NCBI GenBank assembly: GCA_012295275.1
Contig: CM022668.1
Location: forward strand, 1,054,001 to 1,118,000
Source of the DNA: Chrysomallon squamiferum
Taxonomy: Eukaryota; Animalia; Mollusca
Direction of reading: 5' to 3'
Length of the DNA stretch: 64,000 nucleotides
A program made the position numbers and the translations under genes. The notes beneath the pieces are model-generated. The model did not search any database, was not told the DNA's origin, and saw nothing but the letters and a program-made list of their open reading frames with translations. Below, one piece after another: positions 12,365 through 26,491 of this stretch. Each line of letters starts with the position of its first letter. Within the stretch, counting starts at the first letter, position 1.

Positions 12365-14392
12365 GTTTCTGTTTCACACTCAGCAAGGAAATATTATTAC
12401 GCTAGTTATGACTTGCAGGTGCGAAAGGAATAGCTCGATATATTTCGTCGATCCGGTCCACTGAAAATTGATGTTCCGTTGTAGCTGCTAAAATACACCT
12501 AAACTGCTTAACTGCATATTTGTCCCTGTTAAATGTTTTGCACATTTTGTACCTTACGAAAACACAGGATCCTCTAGCAACGATTTCTTCATACACGTAG
12601 CGGGAAAATTGCAGTTAACACATATCTAAGAAATTCCAATCACTTATTTCAGGTATCTGTTGTTTTTCTTCTTGTGTGGGGTTTACAGCGGATGGAATAT
12701 ATTTGCAGTATTCTAAAACCACAAAAATGGAGGTACAGAAACAGACGAGTTAGACATACAAATATATTTATCAAAGGCTTCATAATCGAAAAAAAAAATA
12801 AATAAAAAATAAATGTAAAGATAAAATTATTTTTAAAGAAAATGGTAATGGTATATTGGTAATCATGTTGAATGTATTGATGTAAATTCTGTATTCATGC
12901 AATATTAAACAAAAGAAAATAAACATTTCAAAACATACACAGAAAAAGAAAGAGAAAGAGATAAAGTATTTTTTCGTTTACACTTTTGAATCACTTTAAA
13001 AATAAACTTTTGAATACTAATATATATTAATATCAATAGTTTAAAAAAATAATAATAAAAAAAATAGTGGTTAAAAATTATTTTCTATGTTACTCTAATT
13101 CGTTTTATTATATATATATATATATATATATAGAAAAATGAACAAAGTCTGAACAAGGTTTCCCTAACGACCGATGACCGGCTTACAACAACTTTCAGTC
13201 GAACCGATAAACGTTCTCATCAATGTGTTTACGATAAATCTGACCAAGCCGAAACGAATCAAGTGAAATGAGCTGTATAGAAAATACGTTCCGCCATCGA
13301 GACACGGAGATAATTCGTAGTTACCTACCTTGAAGAATTTCCTATTCCTTGTAATCGTTTCTGGCTGCAGGCTGTAAATGGTGATCAAAGGATCGTTGTT
13401 TAGGTGTAAAAAGATCAAAGCCAGCATGTATATCGAGGTTCACGAAAACTGCTTTAGTTGTTTGTACTTGATTGTATTTTGATGACAAAATTAGACGTCA
13501 AGTTAACTGTCGTGTTTTGACGCATTGATACACTATTTTGTCTACTGTTTTCAGCCCATGCTGTAAGTTGCCATTAATACGACGCTGTTAAAACATATTC
13601 TGTGTCTAACAAAACGATAACAGGATAATAGGAGAACCAGAAGGATAGAAATAAACCTGATTGGAAGTGTAATTAGTTAAATGGGTAAAAAGTATTTGGT
13701 ATCTAGCATCATTAGATTTACCGATCATTAAATAAATGTTGTATAATAAAATACGTAAACGGCGTGAATTTTTGTCATTGTTTATTATTATTATGATTAT
13801 TAATCTGAAAGCATTTCATATTTTATTATTTTCAGGAAAATTCTGCCTAGAGGAGAGAAAAATTGGTGCTAATCACAAAGGTATATGTTATAAACAATAT
13901 TAATATTTATGAAATTCGGGCGTAAAATCAGTTCTAACTTTATTTTATTTTGTCGCCCTAAAAGAACAATCCAAATTTACTGGGGTTTTTTGTTTGTTTT
14001 TTTAATATTTTTATTTGTCATTATTGTTATTATTATTATACTAGTTGAATTCGCATATATTTATATAGCAAAAATTAGGCGGTATCTTAAAGATATAGAA
14101 AATAAATTTTACAGAATCAGAGTTTTAGTATTAACTATAGTTTAGTCACAGTAGCAGAGTAGTTTGTAATCGTGTTAGTTTATAATATTTCTCAAAAACA
14201 ACTGTCATTATTATAATAAGAGTGACTACCTGTGTTTAGCTACATCGTCTCCGTTTAGCAAGTGTTGAGATTTAACATTCATTGGTTAGTCTGAGCCATT
14301 TCATTACTTAAACAATGGAAGAAACCTTGACATATTCATCCGTATATGGCAGTACAATGAATGCATTTAAAAATGCTGCTTGTCAGTTTAAG

Positions 14393-14435
<43 letters not shown>

Positions 14436-15241
14436 AAGAAATGAATTGTATTAAAAAGTATAAATATAATAAAAAAAAAATAAATATATAAAATAAATAA
14501 ATTCATACATACATAATACATACATATATACATATATAAATAAATAAATAAATAATGCAGGTATCGAACCAGAAAACCGGATACTTTTGAAACTGGCTGC
14601 TTTTAAATTAGGCGCACCTTGTTTTAGTTTCCACGACACCACTTCATGTGACAGTGTTGGTGTTTGCAGATGAACCTCTCAGTTATTATTATTATTATAT
14701 TTTTTTTGTTTGCTCTCATTTTTATTTATTGTCATGTTCAAAAGACTAGCAGAAATTCAGTTTGCAAGTGAAAAGGTTATTGTTAAAAGGTAATTTAAGA
14801 ATTTTTGATGAATTAATAAAGATCAAACAGACATTGCTTTAGAAGTGTAATAATCTCTGTTAATTCAGTTTCATTGTTGATTTTATATTTTAAGTAACGA
14901 CTTAGTCTGTACCCCAGAAATCGTTTTCATGATCATCAGTTTGGTATTCTCTTCCAATAAAAAGGATGAGAAGTTCACATTAAATGTTTTATTCAGAGCT
15001 GATTTAAATAATTCGTTCTGCCAAACACATTTACGAAATATCAGATAGGCCACAACAACAACAGAATTGTCCTGAACTTTAATACCTCATAACTCCTAAA
15101 CGCATTTTGAAACTTTACAAAAATATACGTAGATATTGTCTGTTATTGTCCAAAATCCCATACTATTCTCTCTAGTAGTTTTTACATTAGATCAAAATCA
15201 AAATTAGATATCGAAAATGACAGATTCATAACACCTCGGGT

Positions 15242-15532
15242 GACTTTCTCTTTCAACAAGATAGGACCACCTCATCGAGCTCAGCAATATTTGGACAGTT
15301 TAGCAGCAGCATTCACAACAAAGTTTTGTCTATAATCCGTGGATTAATACTTGTGGAATTCATAGGGAGGAGGTATATGAAGGTCGAATGGATACGTTCC
15401 CTGAGGAGGAACTGAAGTCTAAAATGAAGGAACGCTGAAAAAAGATCATACTTGATGAGATTCAGAGGTTCATCTGGGAAAAAGTGAATCTGCATGGGAA
15501 ATGGAAAACTCATTGATCATCGGTTAAGGTAG
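15242..15532 (+). mobile_element. Frameshifted relic of a Tc1/mariner-superfamily (maT/DD37D-like) transposase C-terminal half
   Basis: Across frames: DFLFQQD / AQQYLDS / YNP..EEVYEGRMDTFPEEELKSKMKER*KKIILDEIQRFI..W / GNGKLIDHRLR*. This follows the FQQDxA...NPxD...W..I...I...GG.I.H layout of these transposases. Confidence 0.7.
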
Positions 15533-15777
15533 ACTAATGGTTAAGATGATATTCTTACATTATAGAAATGCGATTTTCGTATCAGATTTTGATTTTCGAC
15601 TTAGATGCAAACAACTGTAGATATTATCTTGACATTTTCGCCTATAATATCCATGTCTTTAAACATGTTAGGTTTTGGAAAGATTAAAAATGTGTTTTTT
15701 CAGATATGTGACGTTTAAAGTTCAGTGCGGCAATATTTTTTCTTTCTTTCTTTTTATTTATTTATTTCTTTATTATT

Positions 15778-15838
<61 letters not shown>

Positions 15839-16499
15839 TATTATTATTATTATTATTATTATTTTCTTTTATTATTATTATTATTATATATATATTTTTT
15901 TGGCACCTCTCTATTCAATAATAATTTTATATTTTTCGTTAAATGTCATTAAACAAAACATTTTTAATATTCTTAATGTTATTAAATTTTATGGTATTTA
16001 TCAATAAAATACAATAAAAAGATATTTTAAGAAATTTGGACTGAGTAACTGGAGAGAATTTGTCAGACATTGTATAAATTATTAAAATACTTACTGCTAT
16101 GTTCGCAAGGTGTAAGGTTTGATAAATAATGAATATACTTCAGTTCGCAAATATGTAAATATAATTCGTTTTAATTATTATTATCTATTGCGTAAGTTTT
16201 TTACGCTTTTATTTTTGTCTGTATCCTGCTTAATGTTTGTTTATATGTATTTTTTCAAAATGCACTAATTTATTTTATAAACTAATGTTCAGTTGTAAAC
16301 TTGACACGTTTTTTCATTTTCTTATGCTGTCCGTGTTTTTAATATATCCATGTAATTTAATGTTATGTGTATTTTTACATTATTCTAAAACAAACAAAAA
16401 TAACACATATTACTCAAACTGAAAGGTCGTTTCTATGTCTAAATCCAAATTGTATTAAAAACACATTTCTGCAGTTTTTTGTTTGCGCAAATTTCACTC

Positions 16500-16908
16500 A
16501 GATTTTGACGTCGTGTTTGTTTTAAGCGAGTCTGTAAACTCAAGCGAGACTTTTTTTTTTCACTGATCCAGCTCCCTCTACTTTTCTATAAACAGACTTC
16601 GTCAAGCTTCAATAATTATAAATAATACGATATAAGTACGATCTGTCGAGAGCGCCATGCCGAATGTAAATAACGTTTGCCATATATGGGGTAATCCAAC
16701 CCACGTGCTTTGAAATAAATCACTGGCCCGTACGTTCAGCCAATGAAAACTCAGATGAGTTTCACGGCGAAACACGACACTGCTGCCTCCCGTGACAGCT
16801 TTCACTCGGCATGTGCGATGCTCGGAAGGATTCTGCTCATACAAGTAGAAGTGGAAGTTTGCTACAGTACAAGAACATTTCCTAGTTGATGTTTGGGAAG
16901 TAATCACA
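16500..16908 (+). promoter_or_regulatory. CpG-rich promoter/5'UTR region of the p75-like gene (CACGTG at 16702, CCAAT at 16740)
   Basis: Locally high GC and CpG content immediately upstream of the signal-peptide exon. The TSS cannot be determined. Confidence 0.5.
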
Positions 16909-16944
16909 ATGTCGTCGTTGATCATTCTGGTGGCAGTGTGGCTG
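16909..16944 (+). CDS. NGFR: p75-like exon 1, signal peptide (MSSLIILVAVWL)
   Basis: ATG in ACAATG context, hydrophobic peptide, CTG|GTAAGT donor, phase 0 matching exon 2. Confidence 0.85.
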
Positions 16945-18963
16945 GTAAGTTTGTTTTTGTTGTGACTTCGTCGTTTGATCGCCACGTTTCGATACGTCCG
17001 TCTCGCTTTAAGCGGAAAGTTACACTACTCGTAGTAAACACTGACAGCCGCTGTACGTGCTGTGTTCACGACACACTTTACACTGTTTTCACGGTTATTA
17101 CAGCCTGCGCGACACAGCTTACATAAATTAAGGTAAAAATATGCTATTATCACATATGACAGCGTAATATGAAGATTATTTTTACTTTTATCATAAATGA
17201 AAATAAATATAATATTCATACTATGGTTAAGGATTTTTCTTCAGGTAAAAAAAGTGATATATATATAAACACATTAACACACTAGATAATTTATACGGTA
17301 TCTTTGAAATGATATCCTTGGAAAAATGTACTAATTAATCATTTTTAAAAATGATTTTAAGAAATTTGTTTGTTTTTAAGAAATAATTTAAGTCACTGGT
17401 CATATATATTAGGTAAACTATTCATTATAGAATCATTTAATAATTTAACAACAAAAAAAATAATATTAACTAAATAAATAAATATTGATTAAAAAAGATT
17501 AAAAAAACACCAAAAAAAACCCACTACAACAAACAAACAAACAAAAAATACAACAACAACATCCTGAGCAAATAAATTTATCTAGATTCGAAATCGGGAC
17601 CTTTGATACGACTAAAGCACTTATAACGCAGGGTATTTATTTGCAGAATGTTCAAATGTGATTTATAAGGAAAATAAACTTTATCTCGTGTGTTAATGTT
17701 GTAAGCAAAGTGTTGCATAGAAATGAACAATTTATTGATTCAGCATCAGATCGTCTTTGATGTTTACCCAGAACGTCAAATACAGCTTTAAAATGTAATA
17801 GACCATAACTAGATAGCGAATATTTTATGTTATTTCAACTAACTTCTATATCTGTACTGTAATAAAGGAAGTATTTTTAGCGAGAGGATTTAGCTAGCAT
17901 TCATCTTTGTTCGAGATAGGACATCTAAGAAAATAACCCACAATAGACAAAGTTTTCAACACGTGAAAGAACCGGTGAGGCGAAGAAAATTGGACATTTA
18001 AATTTTGCATCCACAATAAATTCTACTGGTTATTGTCAAATGGGAGAGATCACAAAGGAAATTTATTTAGGTATTTTTATTTTTGTTATTATTATTTTAT
18101 AATTACTTTATTAATTCATACACATTTGTGAAGATATTCTTTGAAAAAGGTGTGTATGTGTATATGTGTGACAAAAGTCACCAAAGTAGAAATATATTGA
18201 CATAACTAAATGTTCAGAGGTTTAACATCAGTTCTGTAATACCTGTAGACATTGATTATGTATTAATTTTCTCTCTCATTATATATCTATTAGTCACGGT
18301 TCACTGACGATGTGGAGGGCGGTACAAGTGTTTCTTTATTCTTCTTTTGTCCATTCGTCTTCTAGACAGCTTCCAATTTAGTGCACCTGTCAGTCCTCGC
18401 CCGCTGCCGCCATGTGCCTTGTTGTTTGTGATAAAACAGCTTTGTTGATTTCAGTCCCTTTGATGTTGATATTTGTATTCTGTCATGCAATTGTTTTATA
18501 CTGTGTGTACACTAGCATATCTGTCTGGGTTTTTTAAAATAATTTATTATACAGATGTTTCATGTCCATGTGCTACGTTTGCATAGCAATCCTTTGAAAG
18601 GACAACGTACTATGATATCTGTTTTAAGTGAACTTTGGCTGGAATTGGATACATAATTTTGGCATTTGAGAAAATAGCGGTCAGTGTCATAAAATAACCT
18701 CCCAAATAAATTTATTATTATTAATTTTTTAATTTAATGAATAAATTAAAATATTTTTGTATATAACAAAATACAAAGTGGTTTTTAACTGGAATTTATC
18801 ATGTAAAACTTTTTACGCTGTTGTCACACAGAAGGTGTGTGTGTGTGTGTGTGTTTGTGTGAGTGTGTGAGTGTGTGTTTGTGTTTATGTTTATGTTTGT
18901 GTGTGTGTGTGTGTTTGTGTTTGTGTGTGTGTGTGTGTTTGTGTTTGTGTTTGTGTTTGTGTT

Positions 18964-19002
<39 letters not shown>

Positions 19003-19013
19003 ATGTTTGTGTT

Positions 19014-19052
<39 letters not shown>

Positions 19053-19100
19053 GTGTGTTTGTGTTTATGTTTGTGTGTGTGTGTGTGTGTGTTTTGTGTT

Positions 19101-19157
<57 letters not shown>

Positions 19158-22100
19158 CAGTGCAAACCACTAGCTAATAATATTAGAGACAGCTTCAGGT
19201 CGTTTCAGAAAAGTGAAACCAGAATGTATCCGCTTTGAAGTGGGTGACGTCATTCAGGTATTTATTTATTCTGAAAGAAGAATTACTAATGTAATTACAA
19301 CTGCACTTAATATCCCCAGCACACGAAGATACACGAGGAGATATTCCCCTCCGAAAAAAGAAAAACCCTACAAAATCGTCAATAAAACTCTCTAAGTTGA
19401 CAGTTAGTTCGAGCACTTCCTTGGCCTCCGTGGAGATATCTGGGTTCAATCCCCTTATTTATACCACGTTTGATGTTTCCAGTTATGCCTGGTAATCTCT
19501 GAAAAACGTCAATAAGCGCCTCGCCGGTCACTGCGTGCTCCAACACCAACATGGTGAGTGTAGTCCACGGTTAGAGCGTTCATTTCAAATACCATTTTAG
19601 ATGAATGCCAAGAAATAACGAAAGGAGAAAGGGTTTTAACAGAGGGTTTTATAATGTTGTTGTCGAAACTAGTTAAAAATAAGAAACAAATCAAAGGAAA
19701 GGTTATATTATCATAAAGCGAAACTAATAACTGCACATTTAAAGTAATTACACAGACGTTTTGTAAACTTAAAAAATATTTATTTAAGTATAGTTTAAAT
19801 ACATATTATAAACTGCGACGAGATAACATTTAAAACTGTCTGGATTGTTTACTGCAACCTGATAACTGATGACAGACTCTCCTAACGCTGCTGTTGTTGT
19901 TAGGACGGCTGCAGGTGGGTGGTGACGACGCCCTGTGTGTGTTTATGTAAAGCGCCAACGATACGAAAACAGTTTTATGAAAACCGCGCTTTTGCCCCGG
20001 GCAGTGCACACTACTACTCGAGTGGGTAGGCCTGACAGCTGTTTGGACGCGAAGAAACGTTTTAAGTGTTGTAAAACGCATAAAGCTAGTAATTGTAGGA
20101 AATTGCTTCTCTTTTGAAAATGCACTAGACCTCTTGTCACCCCGACTGATTAATCTTATCTTTGTTGTTAAATGTATGAGGCCATTTGCAGTTTGCTTCT
20201 GTGTTCTTCCTTAAAAGGATAGGCTCTAGGCGAGATATACACAGATTTGCATAATGGACTTTTGTGTGTTTATTTTATCTTTAATTGTTTCATACTTTTT
20301 AATGTTAATTCTACATCAACAGACACAGCGTTTGTTCAAATGTAAGACATGGAAATGAGTTAACGAAATTTAATAAATATTTCTTGTAGTTCATTTAAAC
20401 TTGAGATCAAGATAAATGAAGTTCACTGTTTATAAATAGCGTTTGTGAGGAAATGAAAGGCGTAACTATAATAATACTTTTTATTTGTACATGAGAAATA
20501 TTCACAGTATAAGATATACACTATTACTAAGTTTGTGAGAGATAAGAGGAGAGAAAGTGTTGTTTACGTTCTCTGTTTTGTAATTTCAGAGCTGTCTCGG
20601 TCGTGCAGAAGGTGTCTGTGAAAACAACGAGATTGAAACAGGAAATAATTTGTGTTGTACTCAGTGTGAGCCAGGGTTTGGAACGGTACAACAGTGTTCT
20701 GCTGAAAACGACACAAAATGTGAACAGTGTTTGGAAGGTGAAACGTTCTCGCCATCTCTAAGTCACTATGAACCGTGTTTCAAGTGCTCGCTTTGCGGTA
20801 AAGATGCCCACGTGACCAGTGCGTGCAACGTGACACATGACACGCAGTGTGAATGTGATTCCATTTCGGATTCTTACATCAGTCGAGGTTCGCTGGATTG
20901 TAACCCCTGTGACCTTTGTCCAGCAGGGTGGGGCGCATACGAACCGTGCACACCCACGAGTAACACGGTATGCACACAGTGCCCTATCGGCACGTATTCT
21001 CACGTGCTCAGCGCAACTGAAAGATGTTTTAACTGTTCTGTGTGTTCCTTCAACCAGCAGACACTGAAGAGGTGCACAGCCACTGAAGACACTGTATGTA
21101 TTAGTAAGTATAGCTGTAACAGTTACATATGGGTTTCCTGATACGATTTTCCTATGTGTTTATGGGTTTTCCTGATACGATTTTCCTATGTATTAGTAAG
21201 TATAGCTGTAACAGTTACATATGGGTTTTCCTGATACATTTTCCTATATTAGTTTTAGCTGATACGATTTTCCTATGTATTAGTAAGTTATATGGGTTTC
21301 TGTAATTTTCCTAGTATTATATATGGGTTTTCCCTAATACGAGATATAACAGTTAACCATGGGTTTTCTGATACGTTTTCCTATGTAGATATTCCATGTG
21401 TTATTCCGTGTTAGTTATCAAGTTCCGTTTTAATGTTAACATTTAGCGATGTTCATATCAATCAGAAGTGAAATCGGAGTAGGTGTATCTCACTGTTCCG
21501 TGACTAAAGCGTTTCAAAACATGAAACTATTTACTACAAGCATAACAAAAAAAAAAAAAAAAGGAAACCAAAAAGTCAGAGCATAGGAATTTTAAAAACA
21601 CTCGCATCAACAGTAGTAAATTAACGCATACCCCTGTGAAGAACGTTTAACTTCTAAATATCATTAATATTTAAACAGTAGTAATAAAATAGTAATAGTA
21701 TCAGTATTTTCAATAGAAAAAGAAATATAACTTCGTAAATTTATTGAAATTTCCACCCCCTGCGATAGAGTATAGTCCGACACTTTGTAATGGCCACAGC
21801 TGATAACTTGTTTCATGCGATGAATGGGTGTGTTCAGTGCAGGTTAAAACGACGTGTCTTGTTACGTAATAACTCTTTATAACGAGTACAACACACTTGA
21901 AATGAGGATAGGATCACACAGCCTGCTGCATACATTTACCAAATGACATGACCATTTCACCCAGTCTGTCGTATTTCTCCTGTGTGGACTGTGTCTATTG
22001 ACTTTCTCTTTTTCAAGCAAGTTGTAGCGAGTACCGACAGATTAGTGATCAAACACAAAATCGTCCAACAAGACTGAGTAAATAACTACACACAAACAAA

Positions 22101-22422
22101 ACACGGCTAAGAAGTGCATGTTGCAGTCATACTCGACAAACACAAATCTTCTTCCTTTATCCTCTTGCCTCAAAAGCCGAGGATTTGCAGTCCTCGTTTT
22201 ACGTGAGCACCCATTTATTAGTTTTCTTTAAATCGTTTAAAAAAAAAAAAAAAACAGAAACGAAGAAGAAGAAGAAGAAAAAAAGAGCGAATTTCATAGA
22301 GCCAATAATTATTTTATGCTAACGATACAGTAAATTTGCGAAAAATATGAAATATAATATAATTAAAAAAGCAAAAAAAATGTGTATGTGTGTGTGTGTG
22401 TTTTTTATCAAATATTTAGTTA

Positions 22423-22475
<53 letters not shown>

Positions 22476-24972
22476 GTGTTATGATTTTTTTAATAAATAA
22501 ATAATTAAATAGATATAGAGAAACCTTATTTTCTTTTTCTTTCTTTTTTAATTCTAATTTCCTTTTTCTTTCTTTCTTTCTTTTCTTTTTTTTTTTTTTT
22601 TTTTTTTTTTTTCATTTTTTTATTTATTTATTTATCATTAATTTTGTTTCTTCTTTTTTTTTTTTTTTTTTTTTTCTCTGAAAGGATTATTTATACACAT
22701 GGACTCAATACACTTTCTCAGGCGAAGACAGTCGGTTCTGTATTTCCCAAAGTTCTTTTGTCAAATATATATGTTTTTAAATCGAAATGTTCATTCACGT
22801 CATCAAAAGTAATTTGTCGATGCTTGGTACAACACACTAAAAATTAATGTTCCCTGTGAGCTATCTAGGTCTTTTTATTCTCCATAAGGCGGGAACGCCA
22901 TTCGAGACAAGCAATGCCTGCATTGGACATAAAAATATATTTCCCTTTGATGTAGCAATCAAAATAACAAACACTTTACATCGATTCCCAGCGGAGGACG
23001 CTTTCATTAACACGCAGTTACGTCACAGAGGCCTCGTAAAGCCCGGATGTTTTAGATACGGAGTAACAGCCCTCTTAGTCGATTACACGTGATGTTAATT
23101 TCAAACTTGCGACGGGCTGACGATCAAAAGAAATTACGATTGAAAAAGAAGCAAGGTGTAGATAGGCAATTAATGTACCAGTGTGACTCATAGACCAAAC
23201 ACATGCGCTTACATGAGTTTTATTCAAGTTGTGATAGATCGATATGAATGAAGCATTTAATAATTGATTATTACGTTTTAATCTTTCGTGGGTTTTTTTT
23301 TTTTTTTTTTTTTTTTTTTTCAAAGGACTTTAATATGGTAGAAACCAATAACGCTTTTTGCAGTAGTTTATGTATTATTTTTACATATTGCCAACAAACA
23401 CTTGTAAGGTAAACATGCAGTTGTTATTGAGGATTATTAATTTTTGATGCAGTACTAATAACCAAATATTGATAGGTTGTGATATGTGAATGGACAAACT
23501 ATTTATACAAGATGTGAAAATTGTAGAATGTAAACCTAGACATAGACGAGACATTTTTATTTTCCTGTGAGTGGTTGTGTAGGAAGGAGACCGGGGAGTT
23601 GTTTTATTGCTGTTAAAACGGCTCTCTGTCTCTGTCTCTGTCTCTGTCTCTGTCTGTGTATGTGTATGTGTTTGTGTTTATGTGTGTATGTTTGTATGTG
23701 TGTATGTATCTCTGAATGTATATATTGTTATAAATCCAGCTATAATTGAGAAATTGAAACCACACCATACGTACATCAAAGGAGAGCTATATAAATGTAC
23801 GAATACATGTATGCTTTGTAAAGCGGCATTTCGATTTGATAACATGATATGAATAGAAGTTATTGCTACACAAAGAATTGATATCTGTATCCACACAATG
23901 GTAGAAAAGGCGGTGTTTGAGCGAGGGTTCCGTCAAGAGCACGGCACATTAGTTTTGTAGGTGGCTGTTAAAACGCGTCAATATGTGGTCGGCGTTTTAT
24001 TGCTTGCAAGGGGTGCTATGAACGCCGTAAAGTTTTTTCCGTGGAACCAGTACTATACAACAATGTGATTTTTATGTCCAGCCATAAAATTCTGTGTACA
24101 ATCGTCAATGAATATTATGTTGTCTACCTAACTGCTTCAGAGTATTAGTAATTGTGAGCTTTCTTTTTTCTTATTCAACATCGATAACACTAGAACGAGA
24201 TTGGATTTGCTGGAGAAACAAGGAACAAAGAAAACAAAAAAGATTATTTGATTTAACCGTGTCAAAGGTCAACACGTGAGCACGCGGAAAAAAGTAGACT
24301 GATGTGAGGTACTTCCTTGTGTGTCGTCTGCGTTTCTTTTTTATATTTATCACAGGTTTCATAATCCTTACAAAATAAAAACATATATCAATGTACACAC
24401 GCACACACATAAATGAGGGCGAGATAAAGACATATGACACGATATACAGAAGAAAGATAAAAAGAAGTTCAGTGATATGAAGTCGTCCACATTCTCAGTT
24501 TCGCTTAAATGAAATAAAGGAATATTTCTATATCTAGGCTGACAAACATAACTTTTGATCATCCCTCTGTGTCTGTGTGTTTTAGGTATATTTAGATTAC
24601 ACCTCGAGTCTGTCTGGCTTCTGCGTATTCACTTCCAGAACACTGTAAATAGTATGCGACCTCAACAGTAAAGCTTACAACTAGTATAGTTAGGTAAATT
24701 AGAATCTATATCTTTATTTATTTGTATGGCTTGTAAAAGTGTAATAATATTATTTTATTCGCTCGGTCTCAAATGAATTTGTTCACTATGTGGATGTTAC
24801 TGTTTGTAGACTTGTTTCAAGAGAGATGAATGTGAACATTATCAGACCCGTACCGAGTTTCTTGATTAGTTTCACCACAAACAGCGCATGGACGCAGAAT
24901 TGTGTGCAGTAAGATAACTGATAAAACAGAAGGCTTCTGAAGTCTTGTAACAGCAGGGGAGAAATTTCTTTT

Positions 24973-25007
<35 letters not shown>

Positions 25008-25702
25008 TCTCTATGAATTTAATGTTTGTAATAAAACGCTTCTAACGTTTAAAGCGAAAACTTATCAAAGCTGATGCAGTTGATGTAACGTGTGATGCGC
25101 TCTACAACAGTGCTAGTCGTCTGTCGGAACGAAGCTTAGTTCACACATGCGTTTCAAGCTGAACATAATTTCCTTCAATAGGCATGTGCGAAAATCATCA
25201 AAACATTTATTGACTCGGTGCGAAAACAGTAAGCTTTTGAAAAATGGTAATTACACGAAGGTGAATAGTATTTATGATGATGAGAAATGAGCTGCTTTAC
25301 CAGGCAGCTGTTTACTCGCGTCGAATACGTAAACATGAAGCTGTGGCGAAATACTTTCATTTTTAATTAGCTTTGCTAATTACCGACCTAACAATGTGTA
25401 AATCGTGAAATAACTTGGTATATGGAATAAAGCTGTGTATGAAATGAACTGATACACGAAACAGATCAGGGTGTGTCATGTACTTCAGCAGACTATAGAG
25501 TCGTTTCATAATTCTTTTAAAAGCTTTATATATACATAAGCAAAAATCAGTAATTATTTGCAGACCATTTTTCACTTTTAATGTAAATGCAAAGAACCCT
25601 GAAACAGATATTTATATTCGAAAGAATAAGGAGACAGAGACAACAATATGAGGTGTTCATGCTAATTATACAATTACAATATTATTATTCTTATATTATT
25701 AA

Positions 25703-25757
<55 letters not shown>

Positions 25758-26436
25758 TAACGTGCTTTCACTGTTCTAGGTTATCACACGAAAATAATAT
25801 TAAATTCAGTTGTGGCCATTTGTAAGACTGAAGACTGAAAATATATGATTATCTCATTAACACTTGTACGTAGCAGAACATCGGTTTTACTGGCACAGTC
25901 ATCAGTTAACAGAAACAGTGACAACCACATGGGGAGTGACTGGAAGTAATAAATAATTCATACATTATTGAACAGCAGATTAAAGAGTTTTCTACTTTAT
26001 TACGACTTTTCATGTTTTATTAACATTCAGTCGTTTCTATTTTAAGATTTAAAAAGAAAGATTTTCTAATACGGTCGTTACACAATACGTCTGAGTTGAG
26101 TGGGTAATGAAACTCTTTCTGGGAAATCACTTGTATTCATAAAAATATAATTTGGAAATTTTTCTTTCTAAAATGTACATTAATTTTACCTTCTGTTACA
26201 CTTCTCGAATGACTATTGATAGAGTACGTTTATTTTTAATTTTATATATATAGTATGTAGTATGTGTGTATGTATGTATGTATGTATGTATGTATGTATG
26301 TATGTATGTATGTATGTATGTAGTAGGTAGGATGTGTGTGTGGATGTAGTATGTATGTATGTATGTATGTATGTATGTATGTATGTATGTATGTATGTAT
26401 GTATGTAGTAGGTAGGATGTGTGTGTGGATGTAGTA

Positions 26437-26491
<55 letters not shown>

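Noticed and set aside
16931-16950. TGGCAGTGTGG, resembling the miR-34 5' end
   Set aside because: It lies in the signal-peptide exon, the match stops after 11 nt and there is no precursor hairpin.
18799-19238. Cys/Val- and His/Thr-rich ORFs (also at 15675, 26196, 28378, 29678, 46044, 48393, 56278 and 57230)
   Set aside because: These are translations of microsatellites.
14555-19455. B-box-like motifs at ~14560 (minus), ~17585 (minus) and ~19443 as tRNA genes or SINEs
   Set aside because: There is no cloverleaf or matching A box, and they are too degenerate to call.
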